Source: an uncultured Nitrospiraceae bacterium (GTDB lineage Bacteria > Nitrospirota > Nitrospiria > Nitrospirales > Nitrospiraceae). From it: a stretch of DNA of 64,000 nt. Under the pieces are notes generated by a model. It saw nothing but the letters and a program-made list of their open reading frames with translations. It had not been told where the DNA came from and did no database searches. This document shows positions 22,178-31,124 of the stretch, in pieces. The translations under genes were made by a program, and so were the position numbers. Each line of letters starts with the position of its first letter. Positions within the stretch are counted from its first letter, which is position 1. Location of the stretch: positions 1,088,001 through 1,152,000 of the forward strand of contig CAVSTP010000004.1 of assembly GCA_963730935.1 (NCBI GenBank). The letters run 5' to 3'.

Positions 22178-23908
22178 CTACGCTTCCTCGCTAAACGTGA
22201 CACGGTTGATCTCGCGCAGGGTCGTCCCTCCGTCGAGCACCTTCCGCAACGCCGATTGCCTCAACGTGATCATGCCGCCCGTAACCGCACGATACCGAAT
22301 TTCAGAGAGCGGCCGCTCCGACAAGATCATCTCTTTGATCTCGTCCGTGAGATCCAAGAATTCCGTAATGCATTTCCGGCCGCGGTATCCCGTGCCATGA
22401 CATTCTTGACAACCTCTACCCTGATGAAAACGCACATCCTTATATTCTTCGTAATCGAGTCCAGACTCTTCGGCGAGCGCCTTGTCGAGAGGAACCGGAA
22501 CGCGACACGACTGACACAACATCCGAACCAGCCGCTGTGCGAGCACACAGTTCAAGGCGGCCAGGAAGTTGTAGGAGTCGATGCCCATGGAGGCAAACCG
22601 ACCGATCACATCGAAGACGTTGTTGGCATGGACGGTCGTCAACACAAGATGTCCCGTCAGTGCCGACTGGATTGCGATCTGAGCCGTTTCGGGATCGCGT
22701 ATTTCGCCGACCATGATCTTGTCCGGATCATGACGCAGGATCGAGCGAAGGCCTCGCGCGAACGTGAGTCCCTTCTTCTCATTGACCGGGATCTGGACAA
22801 CCCCGGGGAACTGATACTCGACAGGATCTTCGATCGTGATGAGTTTGTCCTCTTTGATATTCATCTCGGTGATGGCGGCATAGAGCGTCGTGGTTTTACC
22901 GCTGCCTGTCGGACCAGTGACAAGCACCATCCCATAGGGCCTCGTAACAGCTCGCCGAAACCGCTTGAGGTCCTCTTCATTGAACCCGAGGCGATCCAGG
23001 CGCAACGTCGACACGCCAGTGCTGATCGCTTCCCGGTCCAAAATACGGATGACGACCGACTCTCCGAACACGCTCGGCAGAATCGACACCCGGAAATCGA
23101 CCGTCTTCCGTTCAAGCCGCATCCGAAAGCTCCCGTCCTGAGGAACCCGCCGTTCCGCGATGTCGAGGTCCGACATCACTTTCAAGCGGGACACCAGTGG
23201 AGCGTGCAACCTGATGTCCAGCGGCTCCATCGCCGGCACGAGGATACCGTCGACCCGAAACTTGACCCGCGTCGAGCGGTCTGCCGCCTCAATATGGATG
23301 TCGCTCGCGCGCCGCTGCATGGCGCTCAACAAAATGGAATCCAGGAGCTTGACGGCAGGGCTCTGGTCTTCGTTCGCATGATCGAGCGTGAGAATTTCCT
23401 CGCCCCGTTCATCCTCCTTGACCAGCACGGACCGGTACTCGGCCTCCAGTTCGCGCAACGCCTGGCTCGAGCCTTCACTGCGTTCCAACGCCGTCAAAAT
23501 CGCTGATTTTGGGCTTACAACCAGATCGAGCTCTCGGCCCAGGAGTAATTCCAGCTCATCGAGGCCGAGTAGGTCCTGAGGATCCGGAACCGCGACTCGC
23601 AAACGAGCCTGCACCTCGGCGATGGGCACGAAGGGGTGCCGCTGCATCAGCTTCACCGACATCCGCTCGTAAAACGACGGCTCCACGCGGAAGTCGATTA
23701 GAGGATCGAATGGCAGCCCACATTGAATGGCCAGCGCTCGCGCGAGCTGTTCTTCAGAAAGAGCGCCTTCACCCAACAAGGTGGCCCCTAGATCAGCCGG
23801 CACGCCGCCCAACCGGTTCAAGGTTTGATCCACAGTCGATTTAGTGACCATCCCCTGCCCCACAAGCACGTCGGCCAGTGTCGGTCTAGTCACGCTTCGA
23901 GATGCCAT
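22178..23908 (-). CDS. gspE: GspE/PilB secretion ATPase
   Basis: ASDIHIE, LDIAERRVPQDG, Walker A GPTGSGKTTT, LRHDPDKIMVGEIRD, CxxC...CxxC. Confidence 0.93.
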   Translation of the reverse strand: MASRSVTRPTLADVLVGQGMVTKSTVDQTLNRLGGVPADLGATLLGEGALSEEQLARALAIQCGLPFDPLIDFRVEPSFYERMSVKLMQRHPFVPIAEVQARLRVAVPDPQDLLGLDELELLLGRELDLVVSPKSAILTALERSEGSSQALRELEAEYRSVLVKEDERGEEILTLDHANEDQSPAVKLLDSILLSAMQRRASDIHIEAADRSTRVKFRVDGILVPAMEPLDIRLHAPLVSRLKVMSDLDIAERRVPQDGSFRMRLERKTVDFRVSILPSVFGESVVIRILDREAISTGVSTLRLDRLGFNEEDLKRFRRAVTRPYGMVLVTGPTGSGKTTTLYAAITEMNIKEDKLITIEDPVEYQFPGVVQIPVNEKKGLTFARGLRSILRHDPDKIMVGEIRDPETAQIAIQSALTGHLVLTTVHANNVFDVIGRFASMGIDSYNFLAALNCVLAQRLVRMLCQSCRVPVPLDKALAEESGLDYEEYKDVRFHQGRGCQECHGTGYRGRKCITEFLDLTDEIKEMILSERPLSEIRYRAVTGGMITLRQSALRKVLDGGTTLREINRVTFSEEA

Positions 23909-23964
23909 CCGTGGATTCCTTTCACACTCTCAGCCACGCCGCCAAACGTTTCGAATTACTCCGT

Positions 23965-25176
23965 TTAGACATTCCCTGCCATCTGGAAGACGGGAAGATA
24001 CATGATCACCACGATCCCTCCCACGAGGATCCCCATGATCAGCAGGAGCACGGGCTCAATCCAGGTGGTCAACTGGGTCAGCCGGAGGTCGAGATCGGTT
24101 TCGTAAAATTCGGCGACATCATGCAACATCAGCTCCAGCGATCCGGTTTCCTCGCCGACCGACAACATCTCGATGGCGAGCTTGGGAAAGACCTTCGGAC
24201 GATCGAGCGCAGCTGCAAGAGTAGTCCCCTCGCGGATTTCGTTCACGGCATCAGTCAATCCCGCTGCGATATACCGGTTCGATACTGCGCTTTTGGTGAT
24301 GTGCAACGCCTCGACGAGAGGCGTCCCGCCGGCCAGGATAGTTCCTAGCGTTCGGGCCAGTTGAATGGTGTGATGTTTGATGAAGATAATTCCGAGAAGC
24401 GGTGCCCGCAACAGCAGCCGGTCAACGCTGAAACGGCCATTCGGTGTCGCATAGTAGGCGCGGCCGACGAGCATGAGCCCGGCCAGCAACGCGAAGGCCG
24501 GCAGCACATACACTTTCGCGGCAGAGGCAGCATCAATCAGCAGCTGGGTGGCAACTGGCAACGATTTGGCGGTCTCGGCATAGACCGAGATGAAAGTCGG
24601 CATCACATAACTCAGCAGGAAGCCAATGACGCCGACACCCGTCAAAACGAGAAATCCCGGATAAGCAAGCGCCTTGGCAATCTTGTGCCGCAGTCCAATC
24701 ATCAGCTTCAAATAAGCGATGAATCGCTTCAACACCTCGGCCAAACTCCCAGACTGTTCCCCCGCCCGCACCGTGGCGACATAGAGCTCCGAGAAATATC
24801 CCGGATGGCGACTCAGCGCTTCGGACGCCGACGCCCCTCCCCGGATGTCCTGACGGACCATGCGTAGCGCCTGTTGAAAGCCTTCATGCCGGGCGCGCTC
24901 AATCAGAAGATCCCAGACACGGAGCACCGGAAGACCCGCTTTAATCAAAGCCAGCAATTCTTGGTTGAAGATCAGAAACTCGCCGAGAGGAAGTCCGCGC
25001 AAGGCGCTGAGTTCAAAGACCGGTCGGCTCTGGGCCAGCCCACGACGCTTCAACTGGAAGATCAGGAACCCCTGACCTTCGAGCTTCGCGCGAACGACCG
25101 GTTCCTCGTCGCCTTCAATCTGGCCTTCAAGCGTTGATCCGTCAGGACGCGCGACCCTGTATGCGAAGACAGCCAT
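23965..25176 (-). CDS. gspF: GspF/PilC inner-membrane platform protein
   Basis: FNQELLALIKAGLP, GEQSGSL, GEETGSL, IEPVLL...YLPVF. Confidence 0.93.
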   Translation of the reverse strand: MAVFAYRVARPDGSTLEGQIEGDEEPVVRAKLEGQGFLIFQLKRRGLAQSRPVFELSALRGLPLGEFLIFNQELLALIKAGLPVLRVWDLLIERARHEGFQQALRMVRQDIRGGASASEALSRHPGYFSELYVATVRAGEQSGSLAEVLKRFIAYLKLMIGLRHKIAKALAYPGFLVLTGVGVIGFLLSYVMPTFISVYAETAKSLPVATQLLIDAASAAKVYVLPAFALLAGLMLVGRAYYATPNGRFSVDRLLLRAPLLGIIFIKHHTIQLARTLGTILAGGTPLVEALHITKSAVSNRYIAAGLTDAVNEIREGTTLAAALDRPKVFPKLAIEMLSVGEETGSLELMLHDVAEFYETDLDLRLTQLTTWIEPVLLLIMGILVGGIVVIMYLPVFQMAGNV

Positions 25177-25221
25177 GAATACCGTCGACTATGGCATCGG
25201 AGATGGAATATTGCTGCCGCG

Positions 25222-26022
25222 TTAGGGGATGGTTTCTATCGATGGACTCGTCAGCGCGCGATGGTCCAAGACGAGTAGTACCTGACCTACTTCGATCTGA
25301 TTGTCAGTCAGGTGGTTGATCGAGCGAAGCCGATTGAGACCCATCCGATGCGTGCGCGCAAGGCTCCATAACGTATCACCCAGCTTCACGATAATTTCTC
25401 TGATTGGAGGATTCTGCCTTAGCGTCGCGGCAGTAGATGGCCGTTTCGCCGGGAAGGCATTGACCGCCGGGGTTGCAGCCGATGAGGGCGCCGTGAACCA
25501 CCAGGGGAGTGAGGCTCCGGTCGCCGCAGGGCCGACCTCCGGTTGCATGCCCGGCGTCTCCGCCTTTCCCGCTCGCTTCTGGAACTGCCTCATCTGATTG
25601 GGCAATTGGCCGCTGCTCCGGTACACGCGCTCCCGCTCCGCCCGTGCCGCCAGCAATTCTTCGCGCTGCACTTCGATGACGTGCCGGGCTTCGCTCACGC
25701 GGCGCTCAGCTTCCCGGACACGGCCTTCGAGCTGGGCACGGGCCACCTGTGCATCGGCCAATTCCTGCCGACGCGATTCCAGCTCGGCGCGCACTTCCGC
25801 CAGATTACGCTGGGTCTCGCGCACTTGAGTTCTGAGCGTATCCATCGTCAATTGGAGATCGACAATCTCCGGTTCGACGATCGGCTCCAACTCGCCGCAA
25901 CCGGTGAATGCAAGCGCGAGAACACCAACGGCACAGAGTGTCATCGCTCGGTAAAGAACAGCTCTCCGCCCAATGACGCGGGCGCCATGCCGATTACAGA
26001 TATGCGGATCGATTATCACCAT
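25222..26022 (-). CDS. LysM-domain coiled-coil lipoprotein
   Basis: Lipobox FTGC, long heptad region, C-terminal VKLGDTLWSLA...IEVGQVL. Confidence 0.8.
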   Translation of the reverse strand: MVIIDPHICNRHGARVIGRRAVLYRAMTLCAVGVLALAFTGCGELEPIVEPEIVDLQLTMDTLRTQVRETQRNLAEVRAELESRRQELADAQVARAQLEGRVREAERRVSEARHVIEVQREELLAARAERERVYRSSGQLPNQMRQFQKRAGKAETPGMQPEVGPAATGASLPWWFTAPSSAATPAVNAFPAKRPSTAATLRQNPPIREIIVKLGDTLWSLARTHRMGLNRLRSINHLTDNQIEVGQVLLVLDHRALTSPSIETIP

Positions 26023-26417
26023 CGATTGTAGGGTGTCCCGTTGGTACCGACAAATTCAGAGCCCGAGAACACATCGAAAATACCGCCTTCCGTCACCTCG
26101 GCGATTTCCTGCCACGACGTCTCCGAATTCGTGAAAGGGTCCTTGGGAATCGCGCGTAGATATCCCCCGCTGACCAAGGCCTGGAGCGAAGGCGGATACT
26201 TTCCCTGATCCGCCCGATGCTGATCGAGCACGTCACGCAGCGTAAATAAGTCCTGCCGCAATGCCGCCTCCCTCGCCTTGATCACTGAGGCCTGATAGCT
26301 CGGCGCCGCCAGGGTTGCCAAGATGCCAATGATCGACACGACGATCAAGAGTTCGATCAGCGTAAAGCCCTTGGCTTCTGCCAGATGGAACTTACCAATC
26401 GCGATATTTGGTTCCAT
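26016..26417 (-). CDS. GspG-like pseudopilin
   Basis: KG|FTLIELLIVVSIIGILA, YPPSLQALV, YLRAIPKDPFT. Confidence 0.9.
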   Translation of the reverse strand: MEPNIAIGKFHLAEAKGFTLIELLIVVSIIGILATLAAPSYQASVIKAREAALRQDLFTLRDVLDQHRADQGKYPPSLQALVSGGYLRAIPKDPFTNSETSWQEIAEVTEGGIFDVFSGSEFVGTNGTPYNRW

Positions 26418-26898
26418 CCAACGCCATTTCCTGACTCGCCGTCATGACATCGTAGACATCATCCCCACACCAGCTTGAAGCATTCGGGGCATCTTTGTAG
26501 CACCGGAACTGCCAATCCGCTTTTCCTGTCAGGGGATCGAGCGGCAGGTTTCGAAGGTACCGCCTGATCGTCGTTCCCCGGACTGTGGCTTCTTCGCTGG
26601 TCAATTTGACTCCCAACAGCATCTCGAGCGATTTCGGATACCCGTAGATACTAGAGACGTCTTTACATGACAGCTTGTTTTTTACGCACAATGGGCCCAG
26701 AAGCACGTCGCCGTCCCGGTTCCACTCCATTTTGAAGGTGTCGATGGCCGCCCGCATGTTCCTCAGATGCTGACGAAATTCTATTTCATGGGATCTCTTT
26801 GCAGAGACCCGGCTCAACGGAAGTGCGACCGACGCCAGCACCATGACGATGGTCAAGGTGACGAGGAGTTCGAGCAGGGTCACTCCTGATTCTCTCAC
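26392..26898 (-). CDS. GspG-like pseudopilin with four Cys
   Basis: SG|VTLLELLVTL, GYPKSLEML, YLRNLPLDPLT, DGTKYRDW. Confidence 0.88.
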   Translation of the reverse strand: MRESGVTLLELLVTLTIVMVLASVALPLSRVSAKRSHEIEFRQHLRNMRAAIDTFKMEWNRDGDVLLGPLCVKNKLSCKDVSSIYGYPKSLEMLLGVKLTSEEATVRGTTIRRYLRNLPLDPLTGKADWQFRCYKDAPNASSWCGDDVYDVMTASQEMALDGTKYRDW

Positions 26899-29249
26899 CG
26901 TACCCTCACGATCCCCCTCCCGTCGGGCGGCGCTCCGGCTGCGCCCTCTCCATTTGCATTCATGAGTGCGACGCGAATGGGAGAGACCCCCGGTGCTTTG
27001 GCCATGAATTTTGCCGTGACCTTTCTGCCACCCGTGGCCGCACGCGGCGCGGACGGTCCGACCCGGAATGCCACAATGGCCTCGGCAAACGACGACTCCG
27101 GCAGTTCCGCAGGATCCATTTGAATGATTTCTGCATCGATCAAGTCCTTCAGATCCAGCACATTGGGATCATATTGCAAATGAAACAATGCCGCTTTGTC
27201 AGACCGTAGTCGCTCGTCCTGAATGGCGATCTTGAATACCTTTCCGACTTCGACCACCGAATCGTTCGGCGACACCGAAGCCGCTGGACCAACGGTCAAC
27301 ATCCTGGCTAGTGAGGCGGAAGGCGTCTTCCCGGTAGCGCCTCGCTGGGCCTGCGTTGAGAGTTGCGCCGAAGACCCATTGGTGCCATTTACTTTGGTCA
27401 ATGCGGTCTTGGGATGAGGCGTGAACAGGGTCGTATTGGAATAGGTCGAGTCAGTCCCAGACCAGAACGCCTGCCGACTCAAGCTGGGCGGCGTCATCGC
27501 CTGTACGATATGCGGCGTCAGGGTCAAGATGACTTCCGTCGTCACGCGCTGGGTCTTAAAGGAGCTGATCAGGTTCCCGATGAACGGAAGATCCCCCAAC
27601 CAGGGGATCGTCACGCGGGTCCGACGGTCTTCTTCCTGAAGCAGTCCGCCGAGCACGATTGTCTCACCGTCCTTGACGTTCAACATCGTTTCGGCCGAGC
27701 GGTTGCCGAACTTGAATTGCGTGATCGGCGGATTGGCCTGAAGCGTCACCTGCTCACCAAGGCGGATCACTTCAATCTTCATTTTGAGCGACAGCTCATT
27801 GCCCAGGTGAATGGCCGGCTCGACGGTCAATTTGACGCCGGTATCCCGGAACTCAATGGAGGTTACCGTCGAAGTCGTCGGAACGGCGCCCGTCGCCGCC
27901 TGGCCGGGAAGCACATTGGTCGTGGACAACAGAATGGGCTGCTTGTCGCCGATGTTGATTTCTGCTTTCTTGTTGTTAACGACCCGCACCTTGGGAGCCG
28001 CCAAGGTCTTCGCATCCGTAATCTGCTTGAAGAAATCCAGCTGCACATTGGTCGGAAGCTTGAACAGATAATTGCCTTTTCCGAGGCTCGATAATTGTTG
28101 GAGGGTAAATTGCTGGGCCACATCGCCGGCGATGGTTCCCGCAAAACCTGGCGGCACCAGGGCCGCGGCCACTTGTTTCGGATACGTGAGGCCGTAGGTT
28201 TGATCGACGGTTCGATCGACTTCCAAGACTTCGACCTCGAAAAGGACCTCCGAGTCAAGACGATCATTGGCCAGGATGATTTTCTCGGCCATTTCAAGTT
28301 TCTCCGGCCGATCCCGGATGACGATCGTGTTGAGTTGCTCGTTGGCATTCATCCGCTTTGAATCGAGCATGCCCTTCAGCAGGACGAGCATGTCCTTCGC
28401 CTTGGCGTTGGACAGATAAAAAGTTCGAATCATCAAGTCTTGATACTGTTCTTGCTTCTGATGAGTGTTCGGGCTGACGATCATGGTGCCGGGAGAGACC
28501 ACCCTGGAAAACAAATTGTTGCTGTTCAAGATGAGATTGAGCGCATCATCGAACGGCGTGTCCTCGATCGCGATCGTCACCGGATCATTGCGGACATCCC
28601 GATCAAAGATCAGATTCATCCCGCCCGCCTTCCCAATCCCTTCGAGCACTTCCTTCAGACCCGCATTCCGGAACCGCAGCGTAACCGGCTGCTTTCGCTG
28701 GTCTTCCCGGTTTCGAGCCTGCTGATCCTCCGTCAACTTGGAAATACCTTCAAGCGGTTCGGAGAAGGAGGGATCGAGTTCTGCCGACCTGGCATACCCT
28801 TCCATCGCCTCATCGACACGACCCAGCTGCGCCAAGCGGTCGGCTTCCCGAAAATGCTCGCGTGCTTCCTTCAAACGGAGCGCTTGCGCAAGTGTTGCTT
28901 GATGCTCCGGATTGGATGGCTCAATGGACAAGGCACGCTTAAAGTGTTCGACCGCGAGGTCGATGTGATGCTCTTTCAAGGCATTGCGGCCGCGTTCCTG
29001 GTACTGTGCGGCAGCCCGTTCCCGTGCCAGGTTGAATTTCTCCTGCAAAGTCACGTCAAACGGCGTCTCCTTGAGGGCTTGACGATACGCTATGGTGGCT
29101 TCTTCCCATTTGCCGGCGGCTAAATGCTGGTCTCCGCGCCTGATGTCGTTGGATTCGAAGTATGCGCAACCCGGGAGACAACTCAGGCAGACGAACAGAA
29201 AGACGGAAGTTCCGCCTCCAAAAAGATCTCCCAGTCGCATCACGTGCAT
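26895..29249 (-). CDS. gspD: Outer-membrane secretin (GspD/PilQ family) with N-terminal TPRs and C-terminal cohesin-like domain
   Basis: Lipobox LPGC, TPR helices, TLAAPKVRV, DTGVKLTVEP, DGETIVLGGL, IPWLGDLPFIGNL; tail with LQYDPNVL and FMAKAPG. Confidence 0.9.
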   Translation of the reverse strand: MHVMRLGDLFGGGTSVFLFVCLSCLPGCAYFESNDIRRGDQHLAAGKWEEATIAYRQALKETPFDVTLQEKFNLARERAAAQYQERGRNALKEHHIDLAVEHFKRALSIEPSNPEHQATLAQALRLKEAREHFREADRLAQLGRVDEAMEGYARSAELDPSFSEPLEGISKLTEDQQARNREDQRKQPVTLRFRNAGLKEVLEGIGKAGGMNLIFDRDVRNDPVTIAIEDTPFDDALNLILNSNNLFSRVVSPGTMIVSPNTHQKQEQYQDLMIRTFYLSNAKAKDMLVLLKGMLDSKRMNANEQLNTIVIRDRPEKLEMAEKIILANDRLDSEVLFEVEVLEVDRTVDQTYGLTYPKQVAAALVPPGFAGTIAGDVAQQFTLQQLSSLGKGNYLFKLPTNVQLDFFKQITDAKTLAAPKVRVVNNKKAEINIGDKQPILLSTTNVLPGQAATGAVPTTSTVTSIEFRDTGVKLTVEPAIHLGNELSLKMKIEVIRLGEQVTLQANPPITQFKFGNRSAETMLNVKDGETIVLGGLLQEEDRRTRVTIPWLGDLPFIGNLISSFKTQRVTTEVILTLTPHIVQAMTPPSLSRQAFWSGTDSTYSNTTLFTPHPKTALTKVNGTNGSSAQLSTQAQRGATGKTPSASLARMLTVGPAASVSPNDSVVEVGKVFKIAIQDERLRSDKAALFHLQYDPNVLDLKDLIDAEIIQMDPAELPESSFAEAIVAFRVGPSAPRAATGGRKVTAKFMAKAPGVSPIRVALMNANGEGAAGAPPDGRGIVRVR

Positions 29250-29337
29250 GCTCCTAATGTGAATTGCGCAAGTACCATCGGCGCAAAAAAGGCATCCAGT
29301 GCCAAAGCGAGTCTACACCAGAGGCAATGCAGTCAAT

Positions 29338-29358
29338 AAAAAAAAGCGAAATCTCGCC
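29338..29358 (-). terminator. Possible weak intrinsic terminator upstream of the secretin gene
   Basis: Minus strand GGCGA-gatt-TCGCT followed by a T run; the stem is short. Confidence 0.3.
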
Positions 29359-29472
29359 ACCGCCAAGAATGGCTAGGAATCTCGGTCCTGGTAGTGGTGA
29401 ATGAAGCGCGCGTGTCTGGACGGAGAGAGGAAGCAGATTTGGACCCTGTGAAGCGGAGAACCTATCGGCGGC

Positions 29473-30759
29473 CTACAGACGCCAATAGGCAATGGTCTTG
29501 GGCAGAGTGGCCTGGTCCACAATGCTTTTAACGTCAATCACCACCCCTTGCTGTCCACTCCGGAGGAGACCAACGATTTTCTGCTGGCCCATCTCGACAT
29601 AGGCGCGGTGGGCCACGGCCAACACAATGCCGTCAGCATCTTTGAGATTGGACCAATCACTGAGATGAAGGCCGTATTCGGCAACGGCTTCCTCCGACTC
29701 GGCAAGTGGATCATGGACCAAAACCTGCACCCCGTATTCCTGCAGTTCTTTGATAATGTCGGGAACCTTGCTGTTGCGCAGGTCCGGCACGTTCTCTTTG
29801 AACGTCAATCCCAGGACGATCACTTTCAGTTGATTGACCGGCCGGCCGAGCTGTCCTAATCGTTTCATCGTCTGTTCCGCCACAAACTTTCCCATGCCAT
29901 TGTTGATACGGCGGCCGGCGAGAATGACCTGCGGATGGTATCCGACAGATTCCGCTTTATGGGTCAGATAATAGGGATCCACGCCGATACAGTGGCCTCC
30001 TACCAATCCAGGAGAAAACTTCAAGAAGTTCCACTTTGTACCGGCCGCTTCCAAAACGCCTTTCGTATCAATGCCGAGACGATGGAAGATCAGCGCCAAT
30101 TCATTCATTAGGGCAATATTAAGGTCACGCTGGGTATTCTCGATGACCTTGGCTGCCTCTGCGACCTTGATGCTGGATGCTCGATGCACGCCGGCCTTGA
30201 CCACCTTCCCGTACGTGGCAGCGACGATCTCGAGAGACTCTTCATCTTGGGCTGACACAACTTTGACGATTTTTTCGAGCGTATGCTCTTTATCGCCTGG
30301 ATTGATGCGCTCCGGCGAGTATCCGACCTTGAAATCGGTCCCTGCCTTGAGACCTGATGTTTTCTCGAGTATCGGAAGGCACACCTCTTCCGTCACACCC
30401 GGATAGACCGTCGACTCGTACACCACGATCGTGCCAGGCGATAAATGTTTGCCAATGAGCTCGGAAGAGACGCGAAGCGCTTTCAGATCCGGCTGAAGAG
30501 CTTCATCAATTGGCGTGGGAACGGCGACAATGATGAAATCAGCAGCTTTGAGATCGTCGGGCTGTGCGGTGTACTGAACTTGGGACGCATTCAAATCAGC
30601 GGCTGACACTTCACCTGTTCGATCGAAACCTTTCTGCAATTCTTCGATTTTGGCTTTGTTAATGTCAAAGCCGATTGTGCGGCGATGCTTACCGAAGGCA
30701 ACCGCGATAGGAAGGCCAACATAGCCGAGTCCGACGACTGCCACGGTTCGTTCTTTCAT
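29473..30759 (-). CDS. UDP-N-acetylhexosamine 6-dehydrogenase (TviB/WbpO-like)
   Basis: VGLGYVGLP, YESTVYPG, SPERINPGD, GGHCIGVDPYYL, GLTFKENVPDLRNSK. Confidence 0.93.
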   Translation of the reverse strand: MKERTVAVVGLGYVGLPIAVAFGKHRRTIGFDINKAKIEELQKGFDRTGEVSAADLNASQVQYTAQPDDLKAADFIIVAVPTPIDEALQPDLKALRVSSELIGKHLSPGTIVVYESTVYPGVTEEVCLPILEKTSGLKAGTDFKVGYSPERINPGDKEHTLEKIVKVVSAQDEESLEIVAATYGKVVKAGVHRASSIKVAEAAKVIENTQRDLNIALMNELALIFHRLGIDTKGVLEAAGTKWNFLKFSPGLVGGHCIGVDPYYLTHKAESVGYHPQVILAGRRINNGMGKFVAEQTMKRLGQLGRPVNQLKVIVLGLTFKENVPDLRNSKVPDIIKELQEYGVQVLVHDPLAESEEAVAEYGLHLSDWSNLKDADGIVLAVAHRAYVEMGQQKIVGLLRSGQQGVVIDVKSIVDQATLPKTIAYWRL

Positions 30760-30797
30760 CTTTCTCTCTCCCTGCTAATAGTTCTTGAAGTTTTCAC

Positions 30798-30826
30798 AGG
30801 ATGGCAGAAGGTGCCGCTCACGTCAA
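30798..30826 (-). promoter_or_regulatory. Candidate sigma70 promoter for the dehydrogenase gene
   Basis: TTGACG, 17 bp spacer ending in TGc, then CATCCT. Confidence 0.45.
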
Positions 30827-31063
30827 TAAAGGCGCAGCATTGTTCAATGCCCCGTGCCGCATGGGCAAGCAGAGGAATCTATAGCATCCAGCGATACCAT
30901 TTTCTTCACAGACTAAAGCTAAAGAACTACTTTATGTGTACATGAACACTATCAAGTGTCTCTCGCTGCAGTCGGCCGGTCCTCGCGCCAAGAATTGTCA
31001 CCGTATCCGGATTCCTCATTGAGAATCATTGGTTTCGGTCCCTTGGGCTGAACGGCGGCAAAA

Positions 31064-31079
31064 CGGCACTGGTCTTGCT
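31064..31079 (+). promoter_or_regulatory. sigma54 (-24/-12) promoter
   Basis: CGGCAC-TGGTC-TTGCT with correct GG-N10-GC spacing, 45 bp before ATG 31125. Confidence 0.7.
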
Positions 31080-31124
31080 CCACCCACGTGTTTGCCTGAA
31101 GCAGCTGTCACGCGAGGAGGATCC

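Noticed and set aside
22175..23506. 443-aa + strand ORF
   Set aside because: Antisense to gspE, with no independent motifs.
29260..29320. TGGCAC and TGGTAC hexamers upstream of the secretin as a sigma54 promoter
   Set aside because: The GC element is not at the required GG-N10-GC spacing.
31029..31124. TTG start at 31029 for the BACON protein
   Set aside because: It lies upstream of the sigma54 promoter; ATG 31125 has a GAGGAGG RBS.
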